DNA of 64,000 nt from Candidatus Sumerlaeaceae bacterium (GTDB lineage Bacteria; Sumerlaeota; Sumerlaeia; Sumerlaeales; Sumerlaeaceae): positions 1-64,000 of the forward strand of contig JBPCLP010000028.1 of NCBI GenBank assembly GCA_051003195.1, given 5' to 3'. A model generated the notes under the pieces. It did no database searches. It was given only the letters and a program-made list of their open reading frames with translations, and was not told the DNA's origin. The position numbers and the translations under genes are program-made. Positions 9,381 to 17,699 of the stretch are shown here, piece after piece (position 1 is the stretch's first letter; each line of letters starts with the position of its first letter).

Positions 9381-9664
9381 ACTATACCCCTGACGATGTT
9401 GGTTCGGCGTCACGCTCGCCACGCTGTACTACGGAAAACTGGCGGTAAACATGAAAACCTTATTCCCGATTTTCAGCAAGTGTTATCCAGCAGAAGCGGA
9501 CGGTGATTGCAAGAAGATAACAATATCTCTGCACTTGCTTGCTGCGAGCATCGCACCACCTATCACGCGCACTTTCCCATTCCAGCGATCCCAGCGCACG
9601 TCCATTCCCGGGATCGCGTCGACTATAGAAAAACAGGAAAAACAGAATAACGGGGACGAATAAC

Positions 9665-9882
9665 GGGGACGGTTGACGTTTTCACTAATTAATTTGCTAG
9701 CGTCAGCGATACTTCGAGAAAAGATCAGTTGCGGGAAGGGTTAAGTTGCCGCGACGCGGAGGCACCGACCCTTCGCACGCTCGACGATCAAACTTCTCAC
9801 AGAAGGCACTTAGCCCGCCCTTTACCACAGAGGCACAGAGACTAAAAGCTTTCACAGAGGAAAACACTTCTGCAATTTGTAA
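9665..9882 (+). repeat. REPIN-like segment, direct repeat of 12987-13181
   Basis: 35 bp identical (9667-9701 = 12989-13023) and 106 bp near-identical (9777-9882 vs 13076-13181). Confidence 0.85.
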
Positions 9883-9889
9883 TGAGATG

Positions 9890-10668
9890 TGGGGACAGCT
9901 CCCGATCTCGTTTTCGGTTGAGCTGCGTGATGGTGGCTGGTTGGTGGCTGCATGGCTCGGATTGCACGTGTGGCGGTTCCCGGTTATTGTTACCACGTAA
10001 CGCATAGAGGTAACCGCCGGTCCCGTATTTTCTTCGAGGAAGAGGATCGCGAGGTCTATTGTGCGTGGCTGAAGAAGTATTGTGAGCGCTACGGGCTGAA
10101 CGTGTGGTGCTGGTGCCTGATGACCAATCACGTGCACCTGATAGTGGAGCCGCAGGAGGAGCTGTCGTTGTCGCGCGCGCTCGGCCATGGGCATGGAAAA
10201 TACGCGCAGTGGGTAAACGCACGTTACGGACTAAGTGGGCACCTTTGGTCGGGCCGCTTCTTTTCGACTGCGCTGGACCGTGATCACCTTTGGGCTGCGG
10301 TAAGGTACGTGGAACTTAACCCGGTGCGCGCGGCGATGGTGCCGCGTGCGGAGGACTGGGCGTGGTCGAGCGCAGCCGCGCACGTGGCGGGCGGATCGGA
10401 CCTGCTGCTGAGTGCGGGGGGGCCACTAATACATTTTGGCGGCGATTGGAGTGCATGGCTGGCGCGCGGGATTGATGATGCGACATTGCACAGATTGCGC
10501 GTGGCCACGGCTACGGGGCGCCCCTGTGGCGATGAGATTTTTGTGAAGACGTTCGAGGAAAAGCTGAACCGGCTGTTGCAGCCTCAAAAGCCTGGACCCA
10601 AGCCAGTTGCAGCCTCGTCGGACGACGCTCTGCAGGAAAGTTTTCTATGAGTTCGGGAGCTGTCCCCA
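9890..10668 (+). mobile_element. RAYT unit 1 bounded by 20-bp inverted repeats
   Basis: TGGGGACAGCTCCCGATCTC (9890-9909) vs GAGTTCGGGAGCTGTCCCCA (10649-10668), 19/20 match. Confidence 0.8.
9952..10650 (+). CDS. REP-associated tyrosine (HUH/Y1) transposase
   Basis: YHVTHRGN, CLMTNHVHL (HUH), RYVELNPVRA (catalytic Tyr), WSS. Confidence 0.92.
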   Translation: MARIARVAVPGYCYHVTHRGNRRSRIFFEEEDREVYCAWLKKYCERYGLNVWCWCLMTNHVHLIVEPQEELSLSRALGHGHGKYAQWVNARYGLSGHLWSGRFFSTALDRDHLWAAVRYVELNPVRAAMVPRAEDWAWSSAAAHVAGGSDLLLSAGGPLIHFGGDWSAWLARGIDDATLHRLRVATATGRPCGDEIFVKTFEEKLNRLLQPQKPGPKPVAASSDDALQESFL

Positions 10669-10727
10669 GAATTCACTGTCACTGATTGCGCTTTACAGCA
10701 AGTACTGCTAGTGTGCTTCATAACGTA

Positions 10728-11393
10728 ATGCGAACTTTCAGGCCGCGCCGTTTGTTAGCGGCTACATCCATACTCCTGATTGGGATCATCTGGATAGCCG
10801 GGGCAATCGTTGGAAAACAACCGATTTCGCATTCCAGCCACTTCGGGAAAACAAAAAGCTTCGCGATCAGACCCGCACGCAGCGCGCGCACTTTTAATGC
10901 GCATATCAACTATTCCATGACGAACCATGGGCCTTATGCAGTGCTCCGTATTCTACCCGCCGACTCAAATAGTACTGCTCCAGTTAATGCCCGCGATTTC
11001 GGGACTACACCAGTTCGCATTGAGCTCAGCCGTGGAGTGGACGCTTTCGACATTATTGAGCATTCCCGCTACGCGCCTGGCCTGCATGAAGTATACGTTG
11101 CTGCACCTGAATTTCCGTCACCTTTAGCTTACCTGCAGGAGTTTCAGGCCGATCACGACTCCGACTCTGAGTTTTTTGTACATCAGCCGGCATTTGGTAA
11201 CAGCGGCAGGTGGTCTATTGAACCTGGCACCTATATGGTCGACTTTGACAGAAGTTCAGGCTTCTGGAAGATCGTTCGCCACGAAGGGCTTGTGGCGTAT
11301 CTGTCTGTGCGGTGGAACCGCTTTAAGCTGACGGGTCTGGCTCTGCTTGGATGGCTACTGCTCGATATTCTTATCCGTAAGTTCGTGACCTGA
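10728..11393 (+). CDS. hypothetical membrane-anchored protein (cargo)
   Basis: open frame with hydrophobic segments at both termini; fills the space between two GGGGACAG repeats. Confidence 0.6.
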   Translation: MRTFRPRRLLAATSILLIGIIWIAGAIVGKQPISHSSHFGKTKSFAIRPARSARTFNAHINYSMTNHGPYAVLRILPADSNSTAPVNARDFGTTPVRIELSRGVDAFDIIEHSRYAPGLHEVYVAAPEFPSPLAYLQEFQADHDSDSEFFVHQPAFGNSGRWSIEPGTYMVDFDRSSGFWKIVRHEGLVAYLSVRWNRFKLTGLALLGWLLLDILIRKFVT

Positions 11394-11407
11394 GAACACT
11401 GAGATGC

Positions 11408-11450
11408 TGAGATGTGGGGACAGCTCCCGATCTCGTTTTCGGTTGAGCTG
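11408..11450 (+). repeat. second copy of the RAYT unit 1 left end
   Basis: 43 bp identical to 9883-9925; preceded by a CTGAGATG tandem duplication. Confidence 0.9.
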
Positions 11451-11459
11451 TGCGATGGC

Positions 11460-12272
11460 GAACAAGGGGACAGGCCCTTCAAAAGTTCGCAAACAGGTCA
11501 TCGGTTGGATCGTTTTCCACCGCGAGCCTGGGTTTGCGGCCGCTCTTTTGTGGCTGGAGAATGCGCTGAAGTTCCTCCTCCAGGCGCGTGACGAAATCTT
11601 TCGAGCCGCACGGGCGACCGGTCATCGTGGTGCGACGAATGCGCTGCACCTGCTCGGCGCTGAGCGCTTGCTCCAGCCACGCCGACCAGCCTGACGCGCT
11701 AACCTCGCCGGGGAACGGGTTGGACGGCCATGCCATTCCTCCATGCCCGGCATTGCGCGCACCCGCCAGGCCGCAATGCACCGCCGCGCTTGACCATACG
11801 CAGTCTTCGGCCCTGGCCACGATGGCGGCGCGCACGGGATTTAACTCGACGTAGCGCGCGGCGGCCCAAAGGTGCTCATTGTCCAGCGGCGTAGAGTAAA
11901 ACCGATTCGCCCAAACGTGGCCACTCAACGAGCGCTGAGCGTTAAACCACTGCGCGTATTTACCGTGCGCATTTCCCAGCGCCCGGCTAATGGAGTGCTT
12001 GTGCTCGGGCCAGGCCACCAGGTGAATATGGTTGCTCATCAGGCACCACGCCCATAAGTGCAGTCCATGAGCGTGGCAGTAGCGTTCCACAAAAGCGAGG
12101 TACGCCTCGCGGTCCGTGTCGTAGAGGAACACGTGCGCACGACGATTACCGCGGTGCGTGATGTGGTAAGGTATCTCGGGAACAACTACGCGCGCAAGAC
12201 GAGCCATCGAGTATGCAAATCATTGCGAAAAACACCGGCTTCAACTGTTTTGAAGCGCCTGTCCCCTTGTTC
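11460..12272 (-). mobile_element. RAYT unit 2 bounded by 25-bp inverted repeats
   Basis: GAACAAGGGGACAGGCCCTTCAAAA (11460-11484) vs TTTTGAAGCGCCTGTCCCCTTGTTC (12248-12272), 24/25 match. Confidence 0.8.
11479..12207 (-). CDS. REP-associated tyrosine (HUH/Y1) transposase
   Basis: YHITHRGN, CLMSNHIHL, RYVELNPVRA, WSS; paralog of 9952-10650. Confidence 0.92.
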   Translation of the reverse strand: MARLARVVVPEIPYHITHRGNRRAHVFLYDTDREAYLAFVERYCHAHGLHLWAWCLMSNHIHLVAWPEHKHSISRALGNAHGKYAQWFNAQRSLSGHVWANRFYSTPLDNEHLWAAARYVELNPVRAAIVARAEDCVWSSAAVHCGLAGARNAGHGGMAWPSNPFPGEVSASGWSAWLEQALSAEQVQRIRRTTMTGRPCGSKDFVTRLEEELQRILQPQKSGRKPRLAVENDPTDDLFANF

Positions 12273-12295
12273 CTCTTCCCCTTGTTCCTCTTGTT

Positions 12296-12394
12296 CCAAA
12301 TACACCGTCTGGCCGTGCTGCCGGTGCTCGACAAGTACGAAATTATGAAGAACAGCTTGGAATGCCCGGGCGCGTAATCTACTACAATCCATGA
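12296..12394 (+). pseudogene. orphan C-terminal tail of a probable REase-fold polymorphic toxin
   Basis: own translation [32 protein letters not shown]; its stop overlaps the next ATG (ATGA); no start codon, begins at the repeat junction. Confidence 0.55.
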
Positions 12395-12960
12395 AATCCA
12401 AATCTATAGTTGCGCATTTGGATGGGCTATTGAAACCGATCGGATTCTCAAGGCATGGGACCGCTTGGAATCGATCAACTGGTCCATTCATCGACGTCGT
12501 TGACGTTCAAACCAGCAAGTCCCGCGAGGCGATAACGGTCAATGCCGGTGTACTTCATCGTGACGTTTATGCGAAGTGTTGGGAGCAGGTGCTTCCGCAG
12601 TTTATTGAAGAACCTTCCTGTACTGTACGTGCTCGCATAGGCCAGTTGATCGACGGAAAAGATCTGTGGTGGGACTTAACTTCGACTGATGTCGCAGATG
12701 ACATTGCCGACAAAGTAGCTAGTCGCGTGATACCGTTTTTGGAGCAAATGCACGCAGTGAATGCTATGGAGCAGTTTCTCACGGACGCGCAGGTGGTGAA
12801 GCAAAAATACCCGCCGCCCATTATTTATTTGGCAATTCTGAAACATGAGCAAGGCGACTCCAGTGCGGCTTGTGCTCTTCTTAATGATTTACAAAAGAGA
12901 ACTGTGGGAGCATGGATAACTCGTATCCGCCGAATCGCCGAGATGTTTGCCTGTTCGTAA
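12391..12960 (+). CDS. DUF4304-like protein, putative toxin immunity protein
   Basis: [39 protein letters not shown] pattern typical of this family; lower GC than the flanks. Confidence 0.7.
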   Translation: MKSKSIVAHLDGLLKPIGFSRHGTAWNRSTGPFIDVVDVQTSKSREAITVNAGVLHRDVYAKCWEQVLPQFIEEPSCTVRARIGQLIDGKDLWWDLTSTDVADDIADKVASRVIPFLEQMHAVNAMEQFLTDAQVVKQKYPPPIIYLAILKHEQGDSSAACALLNDLQKRTVGAWITRIRRIAEMFACS

Positions 12961-12986
12961 TATCGCGAGGTGGGCGGTGTAAATTC

Positions 12987-13069
12987 GTGGACGGTTGACG
13001 TTTTCACTAATTAATTTGCTAGCATCATCGATATTTCACGACAGTTACGGGACGTGGGCGACCGTCCAC
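12987..13069. repeat. REPIN-like element with GTGGACGGT/ACCGTCCAC inverted ends
   Basis: 9-bp inverted repeat, 12987-12995 vs 13061-13069; variant of the GGGGACGGT motif at 9665 and 5626. Confidence 0.65.
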
Positions 13070-13120
13070 TCTGCGACGCTCGACGATCAAACTTCTCACA
13101 GAAGGCACTTAGCCCGCCCC

Positions 13121-13250
13121 TTACCACAGAGGCACAGAGACTCAGAGCTTTCACAGAGGAGAACACTTCTGCAATTTGTAAGGGTTCTTACCACGTTATG
13201 CACAATAAGCAACTCGGCGCATACTCTGTGTCTCTGTGCCTCTGTGGTAA
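13121..13250. repeat. ACCACAGAG-type palindromic MITE
   Basis: perfect 21-bp inverted repeat TTACCACAGAGGCACAGAGAC / GTCTCTGTGCCTCTGTGGTAA; only the left half survives at 9821-9882. Confidence 0.8.
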
Positions 13251-13326
13251 AATACGTAATGTTTTGCCGAATTTGCTTGTTGCCCAGCCTGGCACGTCGA
13301 GCAAGGGCCCTCATCCGGAGCTGCCC

Positions 13327-13752
13327 GCACGCACCAGCGCACGTTCGCCCCAAAATCTTTTTCGACTTTATTGGACTTAGCCCACCTGAAGGGTACGCTA
13401 GGGAAGTGACACGCCCCCACAGACTGGTGTATACCTGCCAGCGTAGTAAGCTGAACGTGTTCATTGATAATTCTATGCAGCCCGAACGCCGCGACCGACC
13501 GCAAAGGGACTTCTGCGCCCACCCCGTGTGGATCTTGCGTCTTTGCGCCTGGCGGAAAAAAGCCGCCCATCTCGGCAGGAGACCCGGAAACCCACGCCCC
13601 CGGCGAATTCTTACGCGAGGATTACCGCTATTCAAGTGGCGAAATTACCAACTTGAAAACTTGAATAGATATCTGCAAGCGTTTCAAGCTTCTACATCCA
13701 AAACTTGAAAACCAACTTGAAAAACTTGAAAACTTGAAAAGCCTCCAACCGC
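13327..13752 (+). repeat. ~425-bp dispersed non-coding element, copy 1
   Basis: colinear with the reverse complement of 28762-29186; ends in an ACTTGAA array. Confidence 0.9.
13371..13399 (+). promoter_or_regulatory. sigma70-like promoter inside the 425-bp element
   Basis: TTGGAC-N17-TACGCT; conserved in copy 2 as TTGGAC-N17-TACGCC (29114-29142, minus strand). Confidence 0.45.
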
Positions 13753-13956
13753 GGCCCTCAGACTCTCACATTCCAGCAGTCGGCGCCGGCGCGACGCAGC
13801 AGAGCAACAATGCCGCCCCCAGCTCTCCAGTTCAGCGATGGTTTCGGGCGGATGTTCCGGGTCGAGTCCCGCTTCGCGAACAACCCTGGTATGTAGTAGA
13901 TTGCATTGGTATTCAGCGTCGTCGCGATGCCCCATCTGTGGGCGCCGTGCACTACG

Positions 13957-14820
13957 TCAACAGCGTTCGAGTTCCAATGTGCCAATGTACTCGCGAAGCG
14001 CCACGCGCCAGTCAGGCAATGGATCAACGCCGAGTGAGGACAGCCTTCGGCTTTCCAGTCGGCTATTCGACGGGCGTGACGCAGGCGTTGGAAAATCCAA
14101 AGTAGAGATGGGAATAATTTCCACCGGCCGCAGACCGGACATATCGAAAATTTCACAGGCGAAATCGTACCACGTGCATTCACCTTCGCAGGCTGCATGC
14201 ACGATACCAGTAGCCGGCGACTGGATGAGCTGCGCAAGTGCGCGAGCCAGCGTCAGTGTGGAAGTCGGACACCCACGCTGGTCATTTACCACGCGCACGG
14301 GCGAACCTTTGCGCGCCAGTTGAAGCATGGTGCTTACGAAGTTCCTGCCATGCTTTCCATAAAGCCAGGACGTGCGGACGATGCAGTGCGCATCCCGGCA
14401 AGCTGCGCTCGTGAGGCGCTCTCCTTCAAGTTTCGATTTGCCATACACATTCAGGGGCGCTGGCGAATCCTCCTCTGTGTACGGTTCATGTTTCGAGCCG
14501 TCAAAAACGTAGTCCGTACTCAGGTAGATGCACCGCGCATCAATGCTGGCGCAAGCGCGCGCCACGTTTTCGGCACCCCTCGCATTGGTGTCGAAGGCCG
14601 CACCTGTTTCTGTTTCCGCCCCATTTACGTTAGTGTACGCCGCACAATTGATGACAACAGACGGCTGCTCATCGGACAGAATACGTGCACATTGCTGACG
14701 ATCGGTAATATCGCATTGCATGCGGGTAAACCCCGCCACCGCCGCCCCGCGCCTGTTTAATTCGAGTATTAAGTCGGTGCCAAGCATACCGCCGGCGCCG
14801 AACACTACAATTTCAGCCAC
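13957..14820 (-). CDS. rfbD: dTDP-4-dehydrorhamnose reductase
   Basis: GAGGMLG, INCAAYTNV, STDYVFDG, YGKSKLEGE, RTSWLYG, VNDQRGCPT. Confidence 0.95.
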   Translation of the reverse strand: MAEIVVFGAGGMLGTDLILELNRRGAAVAGFTRMQCDITDRQQCARILSDEQPSVVINCAAYTNVNGAETETGAAFDTNARGAENVARACASIDARCIYLSTDYVFDGSKHEPYTEEDSPAPLNVYGKSKLEGERLTSAACRDAHCIVRTSWLYGKHGRNFVSTMLQLARKGSPVRVVNDQRGCPTSTLTLARALAQLIQSPATGIVHAACEGECTWYDFACEIFDMSGLRPVEIIPISTLDFPTPASRPSNSRLESRRLSSLGVDPLPDWRVALREYIGTLELERC

Positions 14821-14835
14821 GGCGCGCCAGTCGCC

Positions 14836-15465
14836 TTAACGCGAAAGGCTTAGCACAACCGGAGTCTCAGTGCCCCGCTGCAACCGGACTTCAGTGGATG
14901 TGATTTCTACAACGCGATGATCCTTCACCTGGTCACCGCGATGCACTGTCCTTCCATTTACCATGGCTGTGCAGTCGTTTCCCTCGCCACAAAGGATTGT
15001 GCCCAGGCTGAACGGGGTTGCCGGAGCAGGGGCTGGCGTGGCAGCCGCAACGGGTGGTGGCGGCAAAGCGACTTGCGATGGAACCGCGGCAAGAGGCGGT
15101 GCCGATTGTAGCGCAACAGGCGGTGCCGATTGTAGCGCAACAGGCTGGGGAAGCTCAGACGGTTGAGATTTACGTGGCACCGGCAATGTTGCAGTAGGAG
15201 CCGCACCACTGGACACAGGCTGCGGTTTAAGCCCGAAGCTGAACTGATTCCGGTGTTCCATCACCCAGTAAAATGCCGCTGCCCCCGCTCCACCGACCAC
15301 CATCAGAATCATCACAGATGAGACCAGCCAGAGAAGTCGCCGCGGCGTCTCATTCCTGAGTTTCACACCACGAGCCGGGTGCACATCCACCACTCGCGAC
15401 GCAGCTGGACCGGGAGCCGGGTCGTCCACACGTGCCTTCTGTAATGCTTCGAGAATGACGCTCAT
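14836..15465 (-). CDS. GspB/ExeB-like type II secretion accessory protein
   Basis: MSVILEALQKA N-terminus, TM helix, Pro-rich linker, C-terminal AMVNGRTVHRGDQV; abuts the exeA-like gene. Confidence 0.75.
   Translation of the reverse strand: MSVILEALQKARVDDPAPGPAASRVVDVHPARGVKLRNETPRRLLWLVSSVMILMVVGGAGAAAFYWVMEHRNQFSFGLKPQPVSSGAAPTATLPVPRKSQPSELPQPVALQSAPPVALQSAPPLAAVPSQVALPPPPVAAATPAPAPATPFSLGTILCGEGNDCTAMVNGRTVHRGDQVKDHRVVEITSTEVRLQRGTETPVVLSLSR
15094..15145. repeat. perfect 24-bp coding tandem repeat (PVALQSAP x2)
   Basis: AGGCGGTGCCGATTGTAGCGCAAC occurs twice in tandem. Confidence 0.9.
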
Positions 15466-17322
15466 CTAAAAGCCCTCCTGCGAGGGATGGAGTCGGGGAC
15501 CATTTCGCAACATTCGACTGTTCAACAGCATCAGCGTCATGTCGTCAAGCTGGCCCGTGTCTTTCAAATTATAATACGACTGGAACTGTCGGATCGCATC
15601 AGTCGTTTTTACATCAAAGAGCCCACTGATGTCGACAGCACCTGAAGCTTTCGCATCATGGCTGGACAAAAACTGCTTCAGGAACTCCTGCAGCGCGCGC
15701 ACCCGTTCGCTGCGATCGCCCTTCTTCAGGTTTCCCAGCTGGTTCATGTCAACGTAGAGCGCCTGCGCACCATCCCATTTCTTCAGAAACTCTTTCGTGC
15801 GATAAATCTTGGAGCCCCAGCATGGATCACCAACCGTCACCGCTTCGCCCTGCGCTTGCAGCAGCACGACATGTTCGGATTCATTAGGGCCCGGGTTACT
15901 AAGCTTCACAACGAGCGGAATGTCGAGACGAATCGCCTGGTAGTAATCGCCCGCGATGGGTACCATCCGGATTTTCACTTTGTCGGATTTGAAATCACCC
16001 TGAGTAAGAATCTCCTCACTCAGCTTTGCCATTTCTGACAGGTCGACTGCAATACCCCACGCCTTGAGGATCGACAGCTGTGCAGCACGATAAGCAAGGC
16101 GGCGATTGTTCACCCTTACCAGTGGCAGGTTCTTCTCATATACCCAGTTCTTCTGGCGCTTCAGGATCTGGTCCCAGTCGGGCGGAGGCGTGGGTGCAGC
16201 CTTGGGTTGTTTGGAGTCTGCAGTATCGGTGGTCTCCTCACTGGACCCGCTGTCCTTCCTCGCGGATGCTGCCTTCGCACCCTTCGGCGAGTGGCCTCGC
16301 TTCGGATCCGACACAATCGCCTTTTCGCCGGCGTTCTCATCCATCTGCTCGTATCTCACGTTCGCGAGCCGTACGCCCAGCGCGACGCCGACGGTCACCA
16401 GCGATAACACGGCAATTGCCGTCATCGTCGCAATCGCCACACGTCGAGTGAAGATGCTTCCCAGCACCGCGCCCGGCTTTCTACGCTCGCGGGTTTCGCG
16501 TTCCTGCTGCGGCGAGTCCCCTGCAATCTCTTGCACAGCTTTCGCCATGATACGCTCATCAATGGTATAGCTTCCGTCCACGTAGCAGGCCAGCAGCGCG
16601 CGATCCATCAGTACGTTGATCCGTCTTGGAATGCCACGCGTCGCCGCATAGGCCATTCGCACCGCCCCCGCGGTGAATTCGACATCGATCTTTGCGCGAG
16701 CAACAAACAGCCGATGCCGGATATACGCCTGCATCTCCTCTTCGCTAAGCGGCGTCAGGTGATATCGTACTGCAATTCGCTGGTTGAGTTGCTCAAGCTG
16801 CGTCAGCGAAAGTGTATCGTTAAGCTCCGGCTGACCCATCAGAACAATCTGGATCAGCTTGGTATCCTCGGTTTCGAGGTTCGAGAGCATCCGAATTTGC
16901 TCGAGAAGCGCGGGATCCAGGTTCTGCGCTTCGTCGATGATGAGCACGACATTTTGCCCGCGTCGTGCTTCGTCGATCAGGAATTGGTTCAGCGCATCGA
17001 CCAATCCTTTTTTCGTGTCGTAAAAAGATGGAATCCCAAACTCGTCGTTTACCGCCTTGAGCAATTCGAGTTCCGAAAGACCGGGATTGAGAATCAGCGC
17101 GAGCCGCACATTTTCTGCTTTCAGCTCATGCACAAGAGCGCGGCACACCGTGGTTTTCCCCGCCCCGATTTCACCCGTGAGAAGAATAAAGCCTTTCCGT
17201 TCCTTGATGCCGTAGACCAGCGCGCCCAACGCTTCGCGGTGACGCTGGCTCAGGAACAGGAACCGCGAATCAGGCGTTATGTTGAACGGGGCCTCAGCCA
17301 GGCCGAAAAACTTATAGTACAT
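15466..17322 (-). CDS. exeA: ExeA/GspA-family AAA ATPase with TM segment and C-terminal peptidoglycan-binding domain
   Basis: MYYKFFGL..APFNITPD, GEIGAGKT, IIDEAQNL, LMGQPEL, GIPRRIN; PG-binding GDRSERVRALQ..FD..T..AIRQFQ. Confidence 0.88.
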   Translation of the reverse strand: MYYKFFGLAEAPFNITPDSRFLFLSQRHREALGALVYGIKERKGFILLTGEIGAGKTTVCRALVHELKAENVRLALILNPGLSELELLKAVNDEFGIPSFYDTKKGLVDALNQFLIDEARRGQNVVLIIDEAQNLDPALLEQIRMLSNLETEDTKLIQIVLMGQPELNDTLSLTQLEQLNQRIAVRYHLTPLSEEEMQAYIRHRLFVARAKIDVEFTAGAVRMAYAATRGIPRRINVLMDRALLACYVDGSYTIDERIMAKAVQEIAGDSPQQERETRERRKPGAVLGSIFTRRVAIATMTAIAVLSLVTVGVALGVRLANVRYEQMDENAGEKAIVSDPKRGHSPKGAKAASARKDSGSSEETTDTADSKQPKAAPTPPPDWDQILKRQKNWVYEKNLPLVRVNNRRLAYRAAQLSILKAWGIAVDLSEMAKLSEEILTQGDFKSDKVKIRMVPIAGDYYQAIRLDIPLVVKLSNPGPNESEHVVLLQAQGEAVTVGDPCWGSKIYRTKEFLKKWDGAQALYVDMNQLGNLKKGDRSERVRALQEFLKQFLSSHDAKASGAVDISGLFDVKTTDAIRQFQSYYNLKDTGQLDDMTLMLLNSRMLRNGPRLHPSQEGF

Positions 17323-17699
17323 CGCACTCCTTCTCACGGTACGCGCGCCGATGTGGCCCGTTTTCCGGCCTGCATTCAACGCACCCTCTCAGCAGAGGAA
17401 CGAAGAGAATTGATCCTTCAAAGTCGCGACTCAGCTACTTTAAGGAAACTCCTTCACAGCTCCAACGAGGCAAGCTGGCCCATGCCTCGGGCCGTGTCAA
17501 GGTGTACGGAAGCGCTACCGCAGAAGCTTTTCAGCCAAGCCATTTACGCCACCATTTAACGACTCTCTACCTGACCAGCGAAACCTCCAACGCGGGGCAG
17601 CCCGGGAACGCAGATGACTTCAAGCTGGTGTCTCGGCACCCTCCAGCCTTCTGCGCCTTCTTCCCGATGGCGCCCTTCGCGTTGAAAACCTTATTCCTG

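Noticed and set aside
5626..13069. Classical integron or prophage
   Set aside because: No tyrosine/serine integrase, attC-type sites or phage genes recognised; cargo lies in both orientations.
12995..13708. 237-aa ORF and overlapping ORFs across the repeats (also 28736-29335)
   Set aside because: They run through palindromic repeats, and the frames are not conserved between the two copies.
13631..13740. ACTTGAA array as a CRISPR array or replication origin
   Set aside because: Units are 7-9 bp without unique spacers, there is no rep or dnaA gene, and the array is part of the dispersed 425-bp element.
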